Shown here piece after piece: positions 52,241 through 62,651 of a DNA stretch of 64,000 bases (positions are counted from its first letter, which is position 1; each line of letters opens with the position of its first letter). The stretch lies in assembly GCA_947476285.1 (NCBI GenBank), contig CANJPU010000009.1:3630-67629 (forward strand). Reading direction: 5' to 3'. The stretch comes from Comamonadaceae bacterium. Lineage in GTDB: Bacteria > Pseudomonadota > Gammaproteobacteria > Burkholderiales > Burkholderiaceae_C. The notes beneath the pieces are model-generated. The model worked only from the letters and a program-made list of their open reading frames with translations, had not been told where the DNA came from and searched no databases. Both the position numbers and the translations under genes were made by a program.

Positions 52241-52255
52241 AGTGTATGCAGTTTT
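52241..52255. promoter_or_regulatory. Shared 15-bp motif AGTGTATGCAGTTTT upstream of puuD
   Basis: Exact copy at 55159-55173; sense strand contains TACACT -10 overlapped by near-palindrome TGCATACA. Confidence 0.6.
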
Positions 52256-52279
52256 GATGCGTCATTCCCGTACCGTGCC

Positions 52280-53086
52280 TCAGGGTTTGCCCGGCGGTGC
52301 AAGCTGCAAGATCTGGGCCGCCACGCTGGCCGCGATGACCTCTGGCTCTTTGCCGCTGATGCCCGGTATGCCAATGGGGCAAGTGACCTGGTTCAGCTCG
52401 ACATCGGTGAAGCCGCGCGCTTGCAAGCGGTGGCGAAAGCTCGCCCACTTGGTCTTGCTGCCGATCAGGCCCACATAGGGCAGGTCTTGGCGCTCGCGCA
52501 GCCGCAGCAGGCAGGCCGCCACGATGTCCAGATCTTGCGCATGGGAAAAGCTCATGATCAGCACTCGCGACCGCGTGGCCAGATGCGGCACCGCTGCGTG
52601 CACCGGATCGCTGTGCTCGCACTGCACCTGGGGCGGCAGATGCGCGGGGAATATCTCGTCGCGGCTGTCGATCCAGTGCACCGCAAAGGGCAGCGGGCTC
52701 AGCGCGGCCACCAGCGCCTTGCCGACATGACCGCCGCCAAACAAGGCCAGCGGCGCACGCTGGGGCCGCAGCTGCCGCGCCAGCGCGTTGGCGTCGCCAG
52801 CGCCCACCCGTGCCAGCGCCAGTTGCACCACACCGCCGCAGCACTGCCCCAGACTGGGCCCCAGCGCCTGGCGCAGCTGCTCGGGCGCTGCGCCCGGGCT
52901 GGCCAGCAAGCGGCGCGCCTGCGCGATGGCATTGAATTCAAGTTGCCCACCGCCTATGGTGCCCGTCTCGTCATGCGCAAACACCAGCATCCAGGCGCCC
53001 ACCTCTCGTGGCACCGAGCCCTCAGTGGCTTGCACCGTGACCAGCACGGCGTCTTCACGGGCCAGACGCAGAGTGACAGTGTTCAT
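52280..53086 (-). CDS. xdhC: Xanthine dehydrogenase accessory protein
   Basis: GSVPRE, TIGGGQLE, LGQCCGG, FGGGHVG, IGSKTKW; start uncertain. Confidence 0.93.
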   Translation of the reverse strand: MNTVTLRLAREDAVLVTVQATEGSVPREVGAWMLVFAHDETGTIGGGQLEFNAIAQARRLLASPGAAPEQLRQALGPSLGQCCGGVVQLALARVGAGDANALARQLRPQRAPLALFGGGHVGKALVAALSPLPFAVHWIDSRDEIFPAHLPPQVQCEHSDPVHAAVPHLATRSRVLIMSFSHAQDLDIVAACLLRLRERQDLPYVGLIGSKTKWASFRHRLQARGFTDVELNQVTCPIGIPGISGKEPEVIAASVAAQILQLAPPGKP

Positions 53087-53241
53087 GTTCAGGTATGCAA
53101 GTGCAAAATCGGGCACCGGCGGCCACGGGCAGTCCACAATAGCGCCCATGCCTGCGTTGTAGGTGAATGACGCCGCCCCCAGTGCGGCGCTGATTTTGAC
53201 AGGAGCATCGATGCAGCATACCTTCAACCTAGAAACGGCAG

Positions 53242-53883
53242 TTGACCGCTTGTTTTCAGCAGGAAGTGCCCGTGGACATTGACTTTTTGGCCTTGAAGTT
53301 TCTCACCTGTTGGGTGAGAGCGCGTCCAACTGCCGTTTCTAGGTTCAACCGCCACTTTGTGCTGACCGGGTTGGCAGCCGCGGCACTGGCGGCATGCGCG
53401 CCGGCACCGCGGGTGGACGCGCCCGCGCCCGCGCCCGTGCTGGCTCCCTTGGCCCCCGCACCGCCGGTGGAAATCCGCTCTGCGGTGCCGCCGCCCCCAG
53501 TTGCGCCCATCGCCGCAGCGCCCCTCGGGCGGCCAGCGGTTTCATCGGTCGCGGCCAATCCCAGAGCCTATCGGGCCGATGCGGCCGGCCATCTTTATGG
53601 CCTCAACAGCGAGCGAATCTACAAGGGCCGCTTGCCGCCCATGCTTTATGCCATCGGTGTTTTGCAGGTGGAGCTAGATGGGCGCGGCCAGGTGCGCAAC
53701 TTGAACTGGATGCGCGCGCCCCGGCATGCGCCGGAAGTGATTGCCGAGATCGAGCGAACCGTGCGTGCCGCATCACCTTTTCCTGCGCCGGTGCGCCTGG
53801 GCAAGGTGGTCTATACCGACACCTGGCTGTGGCACAAGAGCGGCCGCTTTCAGCTGGACACGCTCACTGAAGGGCAAGATTGA
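53242..53883 (+). CDS. Hypothetical lipoprotein with Pro-rich linker and TonB-C-like domain
   Basis: LAAC lipobox, PAPAP tract, GVLQVELDGRG..AASPFPAP; true start probably downstream of 53242. Confidence 0.65.
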   Translation: MTACFQQEVPVDIDFLALKFLTCWVRARPTAVSRFNRHFVLTGLAAAALAACAPAPRVDAPAPAPVLAPLAPAPPVEIRSAVPPPPVAPIAAAPLGRPAVSSVAANPRAYRADAAGHLYGLNSERIYKGRLPPMLYAIGVLQVELDGRGQVRNLNWMRAPRHAPEVIAEIERTVRAASPFPAPVRLGKVVYTDTWLWHKSGRFQLDTLTEGQD

Positions 53884-53898
53884 GCGGATCGGCCTGTA

Positions 53899-54702
53899 TC
53901 AACTGACCTTAATCTGCGCGCTGACCGGATCGCTCGAATGGATGGCCAGCAGATTGCCGCCCATGGGGAAGGTCTTGTAGCCAGCGTCCTGGACAAACTT
54001 CAGAATGTCGCCTTCATTGGTCTTGATGCGTTCGATCAGGAGTTGGGGCTTGCATTCGTAGATGGTTTTCTTGCCGCCCATCAGCGCGTCCATCTCCATG
54101 GCCTCGATGTCGATCTTGACAAAATCAACGCGCTTGAGTTGCAAGTCATCGATCGCAATCATCTGGGTGAGTTGCATCTTGTCTTCGCTGTAATCGATCT
54201 GCTGGCCAATAAACTCGGTGCGCGCTGTCTTGCGGATTTCCAGGCTGCCGAAACTGCCGGGCTGAAAGTAATTTGGAATGGGCACGCGGATGGAACCGGC
54301 TTCCTGGCCTACCGCCGCCCACAGGGCCCGCGCGTTGAAGCAATTGTTCATGGTGATGTTGCCAGCCAGCGCGTAGAAGATGCGCTCCTGTGCTTCGAAG
54401 GCAATGACGCTGCCCCAGCCGTGCATGTGCTGGGCCCATTCAATGGTGTGCACGCCGATGTTGGCGCCACAGTCGATTCCCACCACGCCGTCGCCAAAGT
54501 TCTTGCGGCGCGCATCCAGCATCTGGACTGCGAAGTCCACCTCGCCCTGGTCAAAGCAAGACGCACCCAACAACTGGTGCCCCACCCCGTAGGCACCCCT
54601 GCCATCGGGCAGGATGTGATAGTCATGCCGGTTGACCAGCATGCTGCCGTGATTGGTTGCCAGCGTGACGAATGCGGTAGGGCGTCGGTTGGATCTTCTC
54701 AT
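53899..54702 (-). CDS. FkbM-family methyltransferase
   Basis: IDCGANIG, AFEAQ, VKIDIEAME, PQLLIE. Confidence 0.88.
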   Translation of the reverse strand: MRRSNRRPTAFVTLATNHGSMLVNRHDYHILPDGRGAYGVGHQLLGASCFDQGEVDFAVQMLDARRKNFGDGVVGIDCGANIGVHTIEWAQHMHGWGSVIAFEAQERIFYALAGNITMNNCFNARALWAAVGQEAGSIRVPIPNYFQPGSFGSLEIRKTARTEFIGQQIDYSEDKMQLTQMIAIDDLQLKRVDFVKIDIEAMEMDALMGGKKTIYECKPQLLIERIKTNEGDILKFVQDAGYKTFPMGGNLLAIHSSDPVSAQIKVS

Positions 54703-54780
54703 TTTGCTTGCGTCGAGTAGAAAGAATGACCGATTCTAATTACATGCGACGCATCTGCCGAATTTGCGGCAAACACAAGC

Positions 54781-55134
54781 TCAAGACCCCCGATAGGTCG
54801 AGTAACTCCATGGGCTCACCAGCAAGGGCACGTGATAGTGCTGGTCTTCCTGCGCGACACCAAAATCAAGACTCACCTTGTTCAGGAAGCTCGGCTCTGG
54901 CAGATCAACACCCCGGCTTTTGAAATAACCGGCCACATCAAACACCAGTCTGTAGCTACCCCGCCTGAGCGCGCCATCCGGGTAGAGCGGGCCGTCCGGG
55001 CTGCGCCCGTCGGCATCCAGCACGAACTGCCGCACCAGCGTGGCTTGATCGCCTTGCGTGGTGTAGAGCGCCGCATGCATGCCGCCCGCCGGGCAGCCGT
55101 GCATGGTGTCGAGAACATGTGTGCTCAGGCCCAT
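54781..55134 (-). CDS. uraH: 5-hydroxyisourate hydrolase
   Basis: MGLSTHVLD, DGR, HYHVPLL, C-terminal YRGS. Confidence 0.96.
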   Translation of the reverse strand: MGLSTHVLDTMHGCPAGGMHAALYTTQGDQATLVRQFVLDADGRSPDGPLYPDGALRRGSYRLVFDVAGYFKSRGVDLPEPSFLNKVSLDFGVAQEDQHYHVPLLVSPWSYSTYRGS

Positions 55135-55158
55135 GGTGAATCCTTCAATCGATAGCAG

Positions 55159-55173
55159 AGTGTATGCAGTTTT
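55159..55173. promoter_or_regulatory. Shared 15-bp motif in uraH/puuE divergent promoter
   Basis: Identical to 52241-52255, same orientation relative to the minus-strand gene. Confidence 0.6.
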
Positions 55174-55212
55174 TCGACCAGCGCTATCATCCCAGAACCC
55201 TGAGACCCGCCC

Positions 55213-56172
55213 ATGCAAGAGGACACCCCCACCCCCTACCCGCGCGACCTGATCGGTTATGGCCGCAAGCCGCCACACGCACAATGGCCCGGCGGTGCGC
55301 GCATTGCGCTGCAGTTTGTGCTCAATTACGAAGAGGGCGCTGAGAACTGCGTGCTGCACGGCGATGCGGGCTCTGAACAATTTCTCTCCGAGATGTTCAA
55401 CCCGCCCAGCTTCCCCGATCGCCACCTGACCATGGAAAGCAGCTTCGAATACGGCTCGCGCGTGGGGGTGTGGCGCATTCTTCGCGAGTTCGAAAAGCGC
55501 AAGTTGCCGCTGACCATTTTTGGCGTGAGCATGGCACTGCAACGCCACCCCGAACTCACCGCTGCGCTGCTTGAGCTGGGCCACGAGATCGCCTGCCATG
55601 GCTGGCGCTGGATCAACTATCAGCAAGTCGATGAAGCCACCGAGCGCGAACACATGCGCCTGGCCCTGAAGGTGCTGCGCGAACTGACCGGCACGCCGCC
55701 CGCCAGTAAGCCTCCCCTGCACGGCGTGGGCTGGTACACCGGCCGCGACAGCCCCCATACCCGCCGCCTGCTTGCCGACCATGGCGGCACCGAATACGAC
55801 AGCGACTACTACGGCGACGACCTTCCCTTCTGGATGCCCGTGCGCAAGACCGATGGCAGTGTCGTGCCTCGGCTGATCGTGCCCTACACGCTGGATACCA
55901 ACGACATGCGCTTTGCCCAGCCCCAGGGTTTTTCGCAAGCCGAAGATTTTTTCATCTACCTGCGCGACAGCTTCGATGCGCTTTATGCCCAGGGCGATGA
56001 GTCGCCCGCCATGCTCAGCATCGGCATGCACTGCCGCCTGCTGGGCAGGCCCGGGCGCATTGTGGCGCTGCAGCGCTTTTTGGACCATGTGGCAAGGCAC
56101 GATCGCGTCTGGGTTTGCCGGCGCATTGACATCGCGCGCCACTGGCAGCGAACCCATCCCTTCCAAGGCTGA
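55213..56172 (+). CDS. puuE: Allantoinase PuuE (polysaccharide deacetylase fold)
   Basis: YPRDLIGYG, LNYEEG, YGSRVG, HGWRW, GWYTGR, GMHCRL. Confidence 0.95.
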   Translation: MQEDTPTPYPRDLIGYGRKPPHAQWPGGARIALQFVLNYEEGAENCVLHGDAGSEQFLSEMFNPPSFPDRHLTMESSFEYGSRVGVWRILREFEKRKLPLTIFGVSMALQRHPELTAALLELGHEIACHGWRWINYQQVDEATEREHMRLALKVLRELTGTPPASKPPLHGVGWYTGRDSPHTRRLLADHGGTEYDSDYYGDDLPFWMPVRKTDGSVVPRLIVPYTLDTNDMRFAQPQGFSQAEDFFIYLRDSFDALYAQGDESPAMLSIGMHCRLLGRPGRIVALQRFLDHVARHDRVWVCRRIDIARHWQRTHPFQG

Positions 56173-56183
56173 GGAAAGCCGCT

Positions 56184-57983
56184 ATGCCAATCACCCTGGA
56201 CGAACTCAATCAAGCAAGCACGGAGCAGGCCGCCGCCATGCTGGACGGTTTGTACGAACACTCCCCATGGGTGGCGCAGGCGGCCTTGCCCCTGCGCCCT
56301 TTCCATTCGCTCACGCACCTCAAGCACAGCATGGCGCGCATCGTGGCCGATGCCGGCAAGCAAGCCCAGCTCACCCTGATACGTGCCCACCCCGAGCTGG
56401 CCGGCAAGGCCATGGTCAGCAAAACGCTCACAGCCGAATCGACCCATGAGCAAGGCAAGGCTGGCCTGACCGATTGCACGCCGCAGGAGTTCACCAGGAT
56501 ACAAAAACTCAACACCGACTACAAAGCCAAGTTCGGTTTTCCTTTCATTCTGGCGGTGCTCGGCGCGCGCGGCGCAGGCCTGTCTAAGCAAGAGATCATC
56601 GACACCTTCGCGCGGCGACTGGAGAACTCACCCGACGAAGAATTGGCCCAGTCGCTGCGCAACATCCACCGCATCGTGGAGATGCGCCTGAATGTCAAAT
56701 TCGGCGTGCAACCCAGCCTGGGCGACCTGGTATGGGATTGGCATGAAAGCCTGGCGCAATTCAGCGACCCAGGCTTTGCCGAGCAAGGGCAGCTCACCGT
56801 CACCTACCTCACGCAGGCCCATCGCGCCGCTGCCGCGCAGATTGCAGACAACATGAAACGCTGCGGCTTCGATGAAGTGACGGTCGACGCCGTGGGCAAT
56901 GTGGTGGGCCGCTACCGAGCCACGCAGCCTGGTGCCAAGACCCTGATGACAGGCTCGCACTACGACACGGTGCGCAACGCCGGCAAGTACGACGGCAGAC
57001 TTGGCATCTTCACACCCATGGCTTGCGTTCGCGAACTCTCGCGCCAGGGCCGGCGCCTGCCCTTCGCCCTGGAAGTAGTCGGCTTCGCTGAAGAAGAAGG
57101 CCAACGCTACAAGGCATCCTTCCTCGGCTCGGGCGCACTGATTGGTGGGTTCAAGCCTGAGTGGCTTGATCTGCGTGACGATGAAGGCATCAGCATGCGC
57201 GAGGCCATGCAGGCCGCCGGGCATGCGGGCACGATGGAGGCGATCGCCGCCCTGCGCCGCAAGCAGCAAGACTATCTGGGCTTTGTCGAGGTGCATATCG
57301 AGCAAGGCCCAGTGCTGGCGCAAGCCGATCTGCCACTAGGCATCGTCACCTCCATCAACGGCAGCCTGCGCTATCAATGCGAAGTGCTGGGCACCGCCAG
57401 CCATGCCGGCACCACACCCATGAACCAGCGGCGCGATGCCGTGCTGGCTGTGGCCGAGCTGGCGCTCTACATGGAACAGCGCGCCACCCGCGATGCCGAT
57501 TCAGTTGCCACCATGGGCATGCTGCAAGTGCCGGGCGGCTCGGTCAATGTGGTGCCAGGGCGCTGCCAGTTCAGCCTGGACATGCGCGCACCCACCGATG
57601 CGCAGCGCGACGCACTGGCCGCTGACGTGCTGGCTCAACTGCACAGCCTGTGCGAAGCACGCGGCCTGCGTTGCAGCGCACTGGAAGTGCTGCGCGCGGC
57701 GGCGGCTCCCAGCGATGCACAGTGGCAGCAGCGCTGGGAAAAGGCCGTGCAGGCACTGGGCGTGCCGGTGTTTCGCCTGCCCAGCGGCGCCGGCCACGAC
57801 GCCATGAAGCTGCATGAGCTCATGCCCCAGGCCATGCTGTTTGTGCGCGGCCAGAACAACGGCATCAGCCACAACCCCCTGGAGAGCACCACCAGCGACG
57901 ACATGGAACTCGCCGTGCAGTCCTTCATGGCGCTGCTGGACCAGCTCTCGCAGGAGTCGGCAAGCGTGGGTGCACCCACATGA
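56184..57983 (+). CDS. uraD: OHCU decarboxylase (UraD) fused to allantoate amidohydrolase
   Basis: N-term EHSPW, HPELAG, KFGFPFI; C-term GSHYDTV, DG, EEEG, HIEQG, GAGHDA. Confidence 0.92.
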   Translation: MPITLDELNQASTEQAAAMLDGLYEHSPWVAQAALPLRPFHSLTHLKHSMARIVADAGKQAQLTLIRAHPELAGKAMVSKTLTAESTHEQGKAGLTDCTPQEFTRIQKLNTDYKAKFGFPFILAVLGARGAGLSKQEIIDTFARRLENSPDEELAQSLRNIHRIVEMRLNVKFGVQPSLGDLVWDWHESLAQFSDPGFAEQGQLTVTYLTQAHRAAAAQIADNMKRCGFDEVTVDAVGNVVGRYRATQPGAKTLMTGSHYDTVRNAGKYDGRLGIFTPMACVRELSRQGRRLPFALEVVGFAEEEGQRYKASFLGSGALIGGFKPEWLDLRDDEGISMREAMQAAGHAGTMEAIAALRRKQQDYLGFVEVHIEQGPVLAQADLPLGIVTSINGSLRYQCEVLGTASHAGTTPMNQRRDAVLAVAELALYMEQRATRDADSVATMGMLQVPGGSVNVVPGRCQFSLDMRAPTDAQRDALAADVLAQLHSLCEARGLRCSALEVLRAAAAPSDAQWQQRWEKAVQALGVPVFRLPSGAGHDAMKLHELMPQAMLFVRGQNNGISHNPLESTTSDDMELAVQSFMALLDQLSQESASVGAPT

Positions 57984-59209
57984 CAGAACACGACAAACTC
58001 GACGCCTGGGTCGATGCCCACTTCGATGAAGAAGTGCGCTTTCTTCAAGAGCTGGTGCGCGTGCCCACCGACACGCCGCCAGGCAACAACGCACCCCACG
58101 CGCAGCGCACCACGCAGTTGTTGCAGGCCTTCGGCTTTGAGGCCGAGCAATACCCTGTGCCGCAAGACGAAGTGCGCGCCTATGGCCTGCAGTCCCTCAC
58201 CAACCTCATCGTGCGTCGGCCTTACGGCCCGGGCGGGCGCACCATCGCGCTCAATGCCCACGGCGATGTCGTGCCACCGGGCGAGGGCTGGGCCCATGAT
58301 CCTTATGGCGCTCAGATTGAAGACGGCAAAATGTATGGCCGCGCCACGGCAGTGAGCAAGGGCGATTTCGCCAGCTTCACCTTCGCGGTGCGTGCGCTGG
58401 AATCATTGCAGGCGCAACTACATGGCAGCGTGGAATTGCACTTCACCTACGACGAAGAATTTGGCGGCGAGATGGGGCCGGGCTGGCTGCTGCGCAACAA
58501 GCTCACTCGGCCCGACCTGATGATTGCCGCGGGTTTCAGTTACGAAGTGGTCACCGCGCACAACGGCTGCCTGCAAATGGAAGTCACCGTGCACGGCAAG
58601 ATGGCCCATGCGGCCATACCGCACACCGGTGTGGATGCACTGCAGGGTGCGGTGCACATCCTTAATGCCTTGTATGCGCAAAACCAGCTCTACCGTGCGG
58701 TCAGCTCCAAGGTGCCGGGCATCACCCACCCCTACCTGAACGTGGGACGCATCGAAGGCGGCACCAACACCAATGTGGTCCCAGGCAAGGTGGCGTTCAA
58801 ATTCGATCGGCGCATGATCCCCGAGGAGGACCCCGTCGCTGTCGAGGCCAGCATACGGCAGGTGATTCAAGACAGCACCGGCGCCTGCCCTGGCATCACA
58901 GTGGACATCAAACGCCTGCTGCTGGCCCACTCGATGCAGCCCCTGCCCGGCAATCAGCCACTGGTCGATGCGATCCAAAAGCACGGCGCCGCGATTTTCG
59001 GCCAGCCCATTCCTGCGATGGGCACACCGCTCTACACCGACGTGCGCCTGTACGCCCAGGCAGGCATCCCCGGCGTGATCTACGGCGCAGGCCCGCGCAC
59101 GGTGCTGGAATCGCATGCCAAGCAGGCCGATGAGCGCCTGGATCTGCAAGACCTCAAAGGCGCCACCAAGGTCATCGCCCGCACGCTGCTCGATCTGCTG
59201 CGCTCTTGA
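57980..59209 (+). CDS. M20/ArgE-DapE-fold protein with non-canonical metal site
   Basis: NAHGDVVP, YGRATAVSKGD, YDEEFGG, GGTNTNVVP, DRR..PEE; ATGA overlap with upstream gene. Confidence 0.85.
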   Translation: MTEHDKLDAWVDAHFDEEVRFLQELVRVPTDTPPGNNAPHAQRTTQLLQAFGFEAEQYPVPQDEVRAYGLQSLTNLIVRRPYGPGGRTIALNAHGDVVPPGEGWAHDPYGAQIEDGKMYGRATAVSKGDFASFTFAVRALESLQAQLHGSVELHFTYDEEFGGEMGPGWLLRNKLTRPDLMIAAGFSYEVVTAHNGCLQMEVTVHGKMAHAAIPHTGVDALQGAVHILNALYAQNQLYRAVSSKVPGITHPYLNVGRIEGGTNTNVVPGKVAFKFDRRMIPEEDPVAVEASIRQVIQDSTGACPGITVDIKRLLLAHSMQPLPGNQPLVDAIQKHGAAIFGQPIPAMGTPLYTDVRLYAQAGIPGVIYGAGPRTVLESHAKQADERLDLQDLKGATKVIARTLLDLLRS

Positions 59210-59320
59210 GCGCGCACCGGGTTTGATCCTGTCAGCCCAAATTGGAAATGCCCCTCGCACCAGCCATCCGGTCTGCACCGGCATTGGCAATGCTGCGGTT
59301 GATTGCCTGCTTGGTTTGCG

Positions 59321-59552
59321 CGTCGCGTCAGGCGATGCCCGGCAGGCGCTCACTGTGGCGGTCTGCGCTTCGCTTCGACTTCGCTGGGATTTGCGGCCTG
59401 AGGTCGGCGGCGCATAACTCACTTCGCGCCCTTCGGCCGCTACGTTCAAACAGATGCGCCGAGCATGAATTGAAGCGCTTCGCGCCCAACCTCAGGCCGC
59501 AAATCCCAGCCGCCCCAGAATGAGCGCCTGCCGGGCATCGCCTGCCGCGACG
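59321..59552 (+). repeat. Nested-hairpin element A (MITE/REPIN-like or structured RNA)
   Basis: 32-bp terminal IR with one mismatch, 22-bp perfect inner IR (59383-59404 / 59489-59510), central GGCGCAT/ATGCGCC stem. Confidence 0.85.
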
Positions 59553-59628
59553 GGTAAGGGGTGGGCGTGCGTTGCGGTGAAGACATGTCGAGCGCACAGA
59601 TTCCACAATACGCAGCCCAGACGCCTTC

Positions 59629-59718
59629 TGTCATTGCGGGCTTGACCCGCAATCCATGCGACCCCGGCCAACACGTTTGTTCAAATGAGCTGGATCCCGG
59701 CTCGAGTCCGGGATGACA
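59629..59718. repeat. Intergenic REP doublet (TGTC-tagged)
   Basis: TGTCATTGCGGGCTTGACCCGCAATCCAT ... TGGATCCCGGCTCGAGTCCGGGATGACA. Confidence 0.88.
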
Positions 59719-59773
59719 GTGGTGGGTGTAGTGAGCACTCCGCCTGAAACCTTCGCGCGCCTACCAAGTTGTC

Positions 59774-60013
59774 TGTCGCGGCAGGCGCAAGGCGGCCAGG
59801 GCTCATTCTGGGGCGGCTGTGATTTGTGCTCTGGGGTCGGATCGCGCGTAGCGCGACACGTTGTCATGCTCGGTGCCCTTGTTTGAGCGGAGCGGCCGTA
59901 GGGCGCGCAGCGAGTTGGGCACCGCCGACCCCAGAGCGCAAATCACAGCGGAGTCGAAGCGCAGCGTAGACCGCCACAGCATGAGCCCTGGCCGCCTTGC
60001 GCCTGACGCGACA
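59774..60013 (-). repeat. Nested-hairpin element B, inverted diverged homolog of A
   Basis: 33-bp terminal IR with one mismatch, ~25-bp inner IR, central GGTGCCC/GGGCACC stem; spacers shared with A. Confidence 0.85.
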
Positions 60014-60269
60014 CGCGACACATACCGCATGAAGCGAAGCGCGACACATGAAAGCAGCGTACGAGGCCGGCGCCTAATTGCAGCCCAGTCAAGATAGCCT
60101 GCAACGGCTGCCCAGGGAACATGTCAAATTCAGGCCGCCACCCCGGGTTTGATCCACCCCAGGGTGGACAATATGACGCAGGACAAAGCGTCCGCTTTTT
60201 TTCTAGCCACCCATCGATCCACGCATGATCCAGCGTGCGAAGATTCGCTACCGTTCTCAGGAGACCGCA

Positions 60270-62564
<2,295 letters not shown>

Positions 62565-62651
62565 CCGGGTAATTGTGCATGCGTGCGCTAAGCGGGCACC
62601 TTTTGTGCTTTGTGTCTTCGTCCATTTCCTCAACTCAGCTTGGAGCCTTGA

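Noticed and set aside
59321-60013. CRISPR array or integron attC sites
   Set aside because: No regularly spaced direct repeats with unique spacers, no cas or intI, no RYYYAAC/GTTRRRY ends
60175-60203. Riboswitch in the maeB leader (short hairpin plus T7)
   Set aside because: 5-bp stem and no room for an aptamer; more likely a weak terminator
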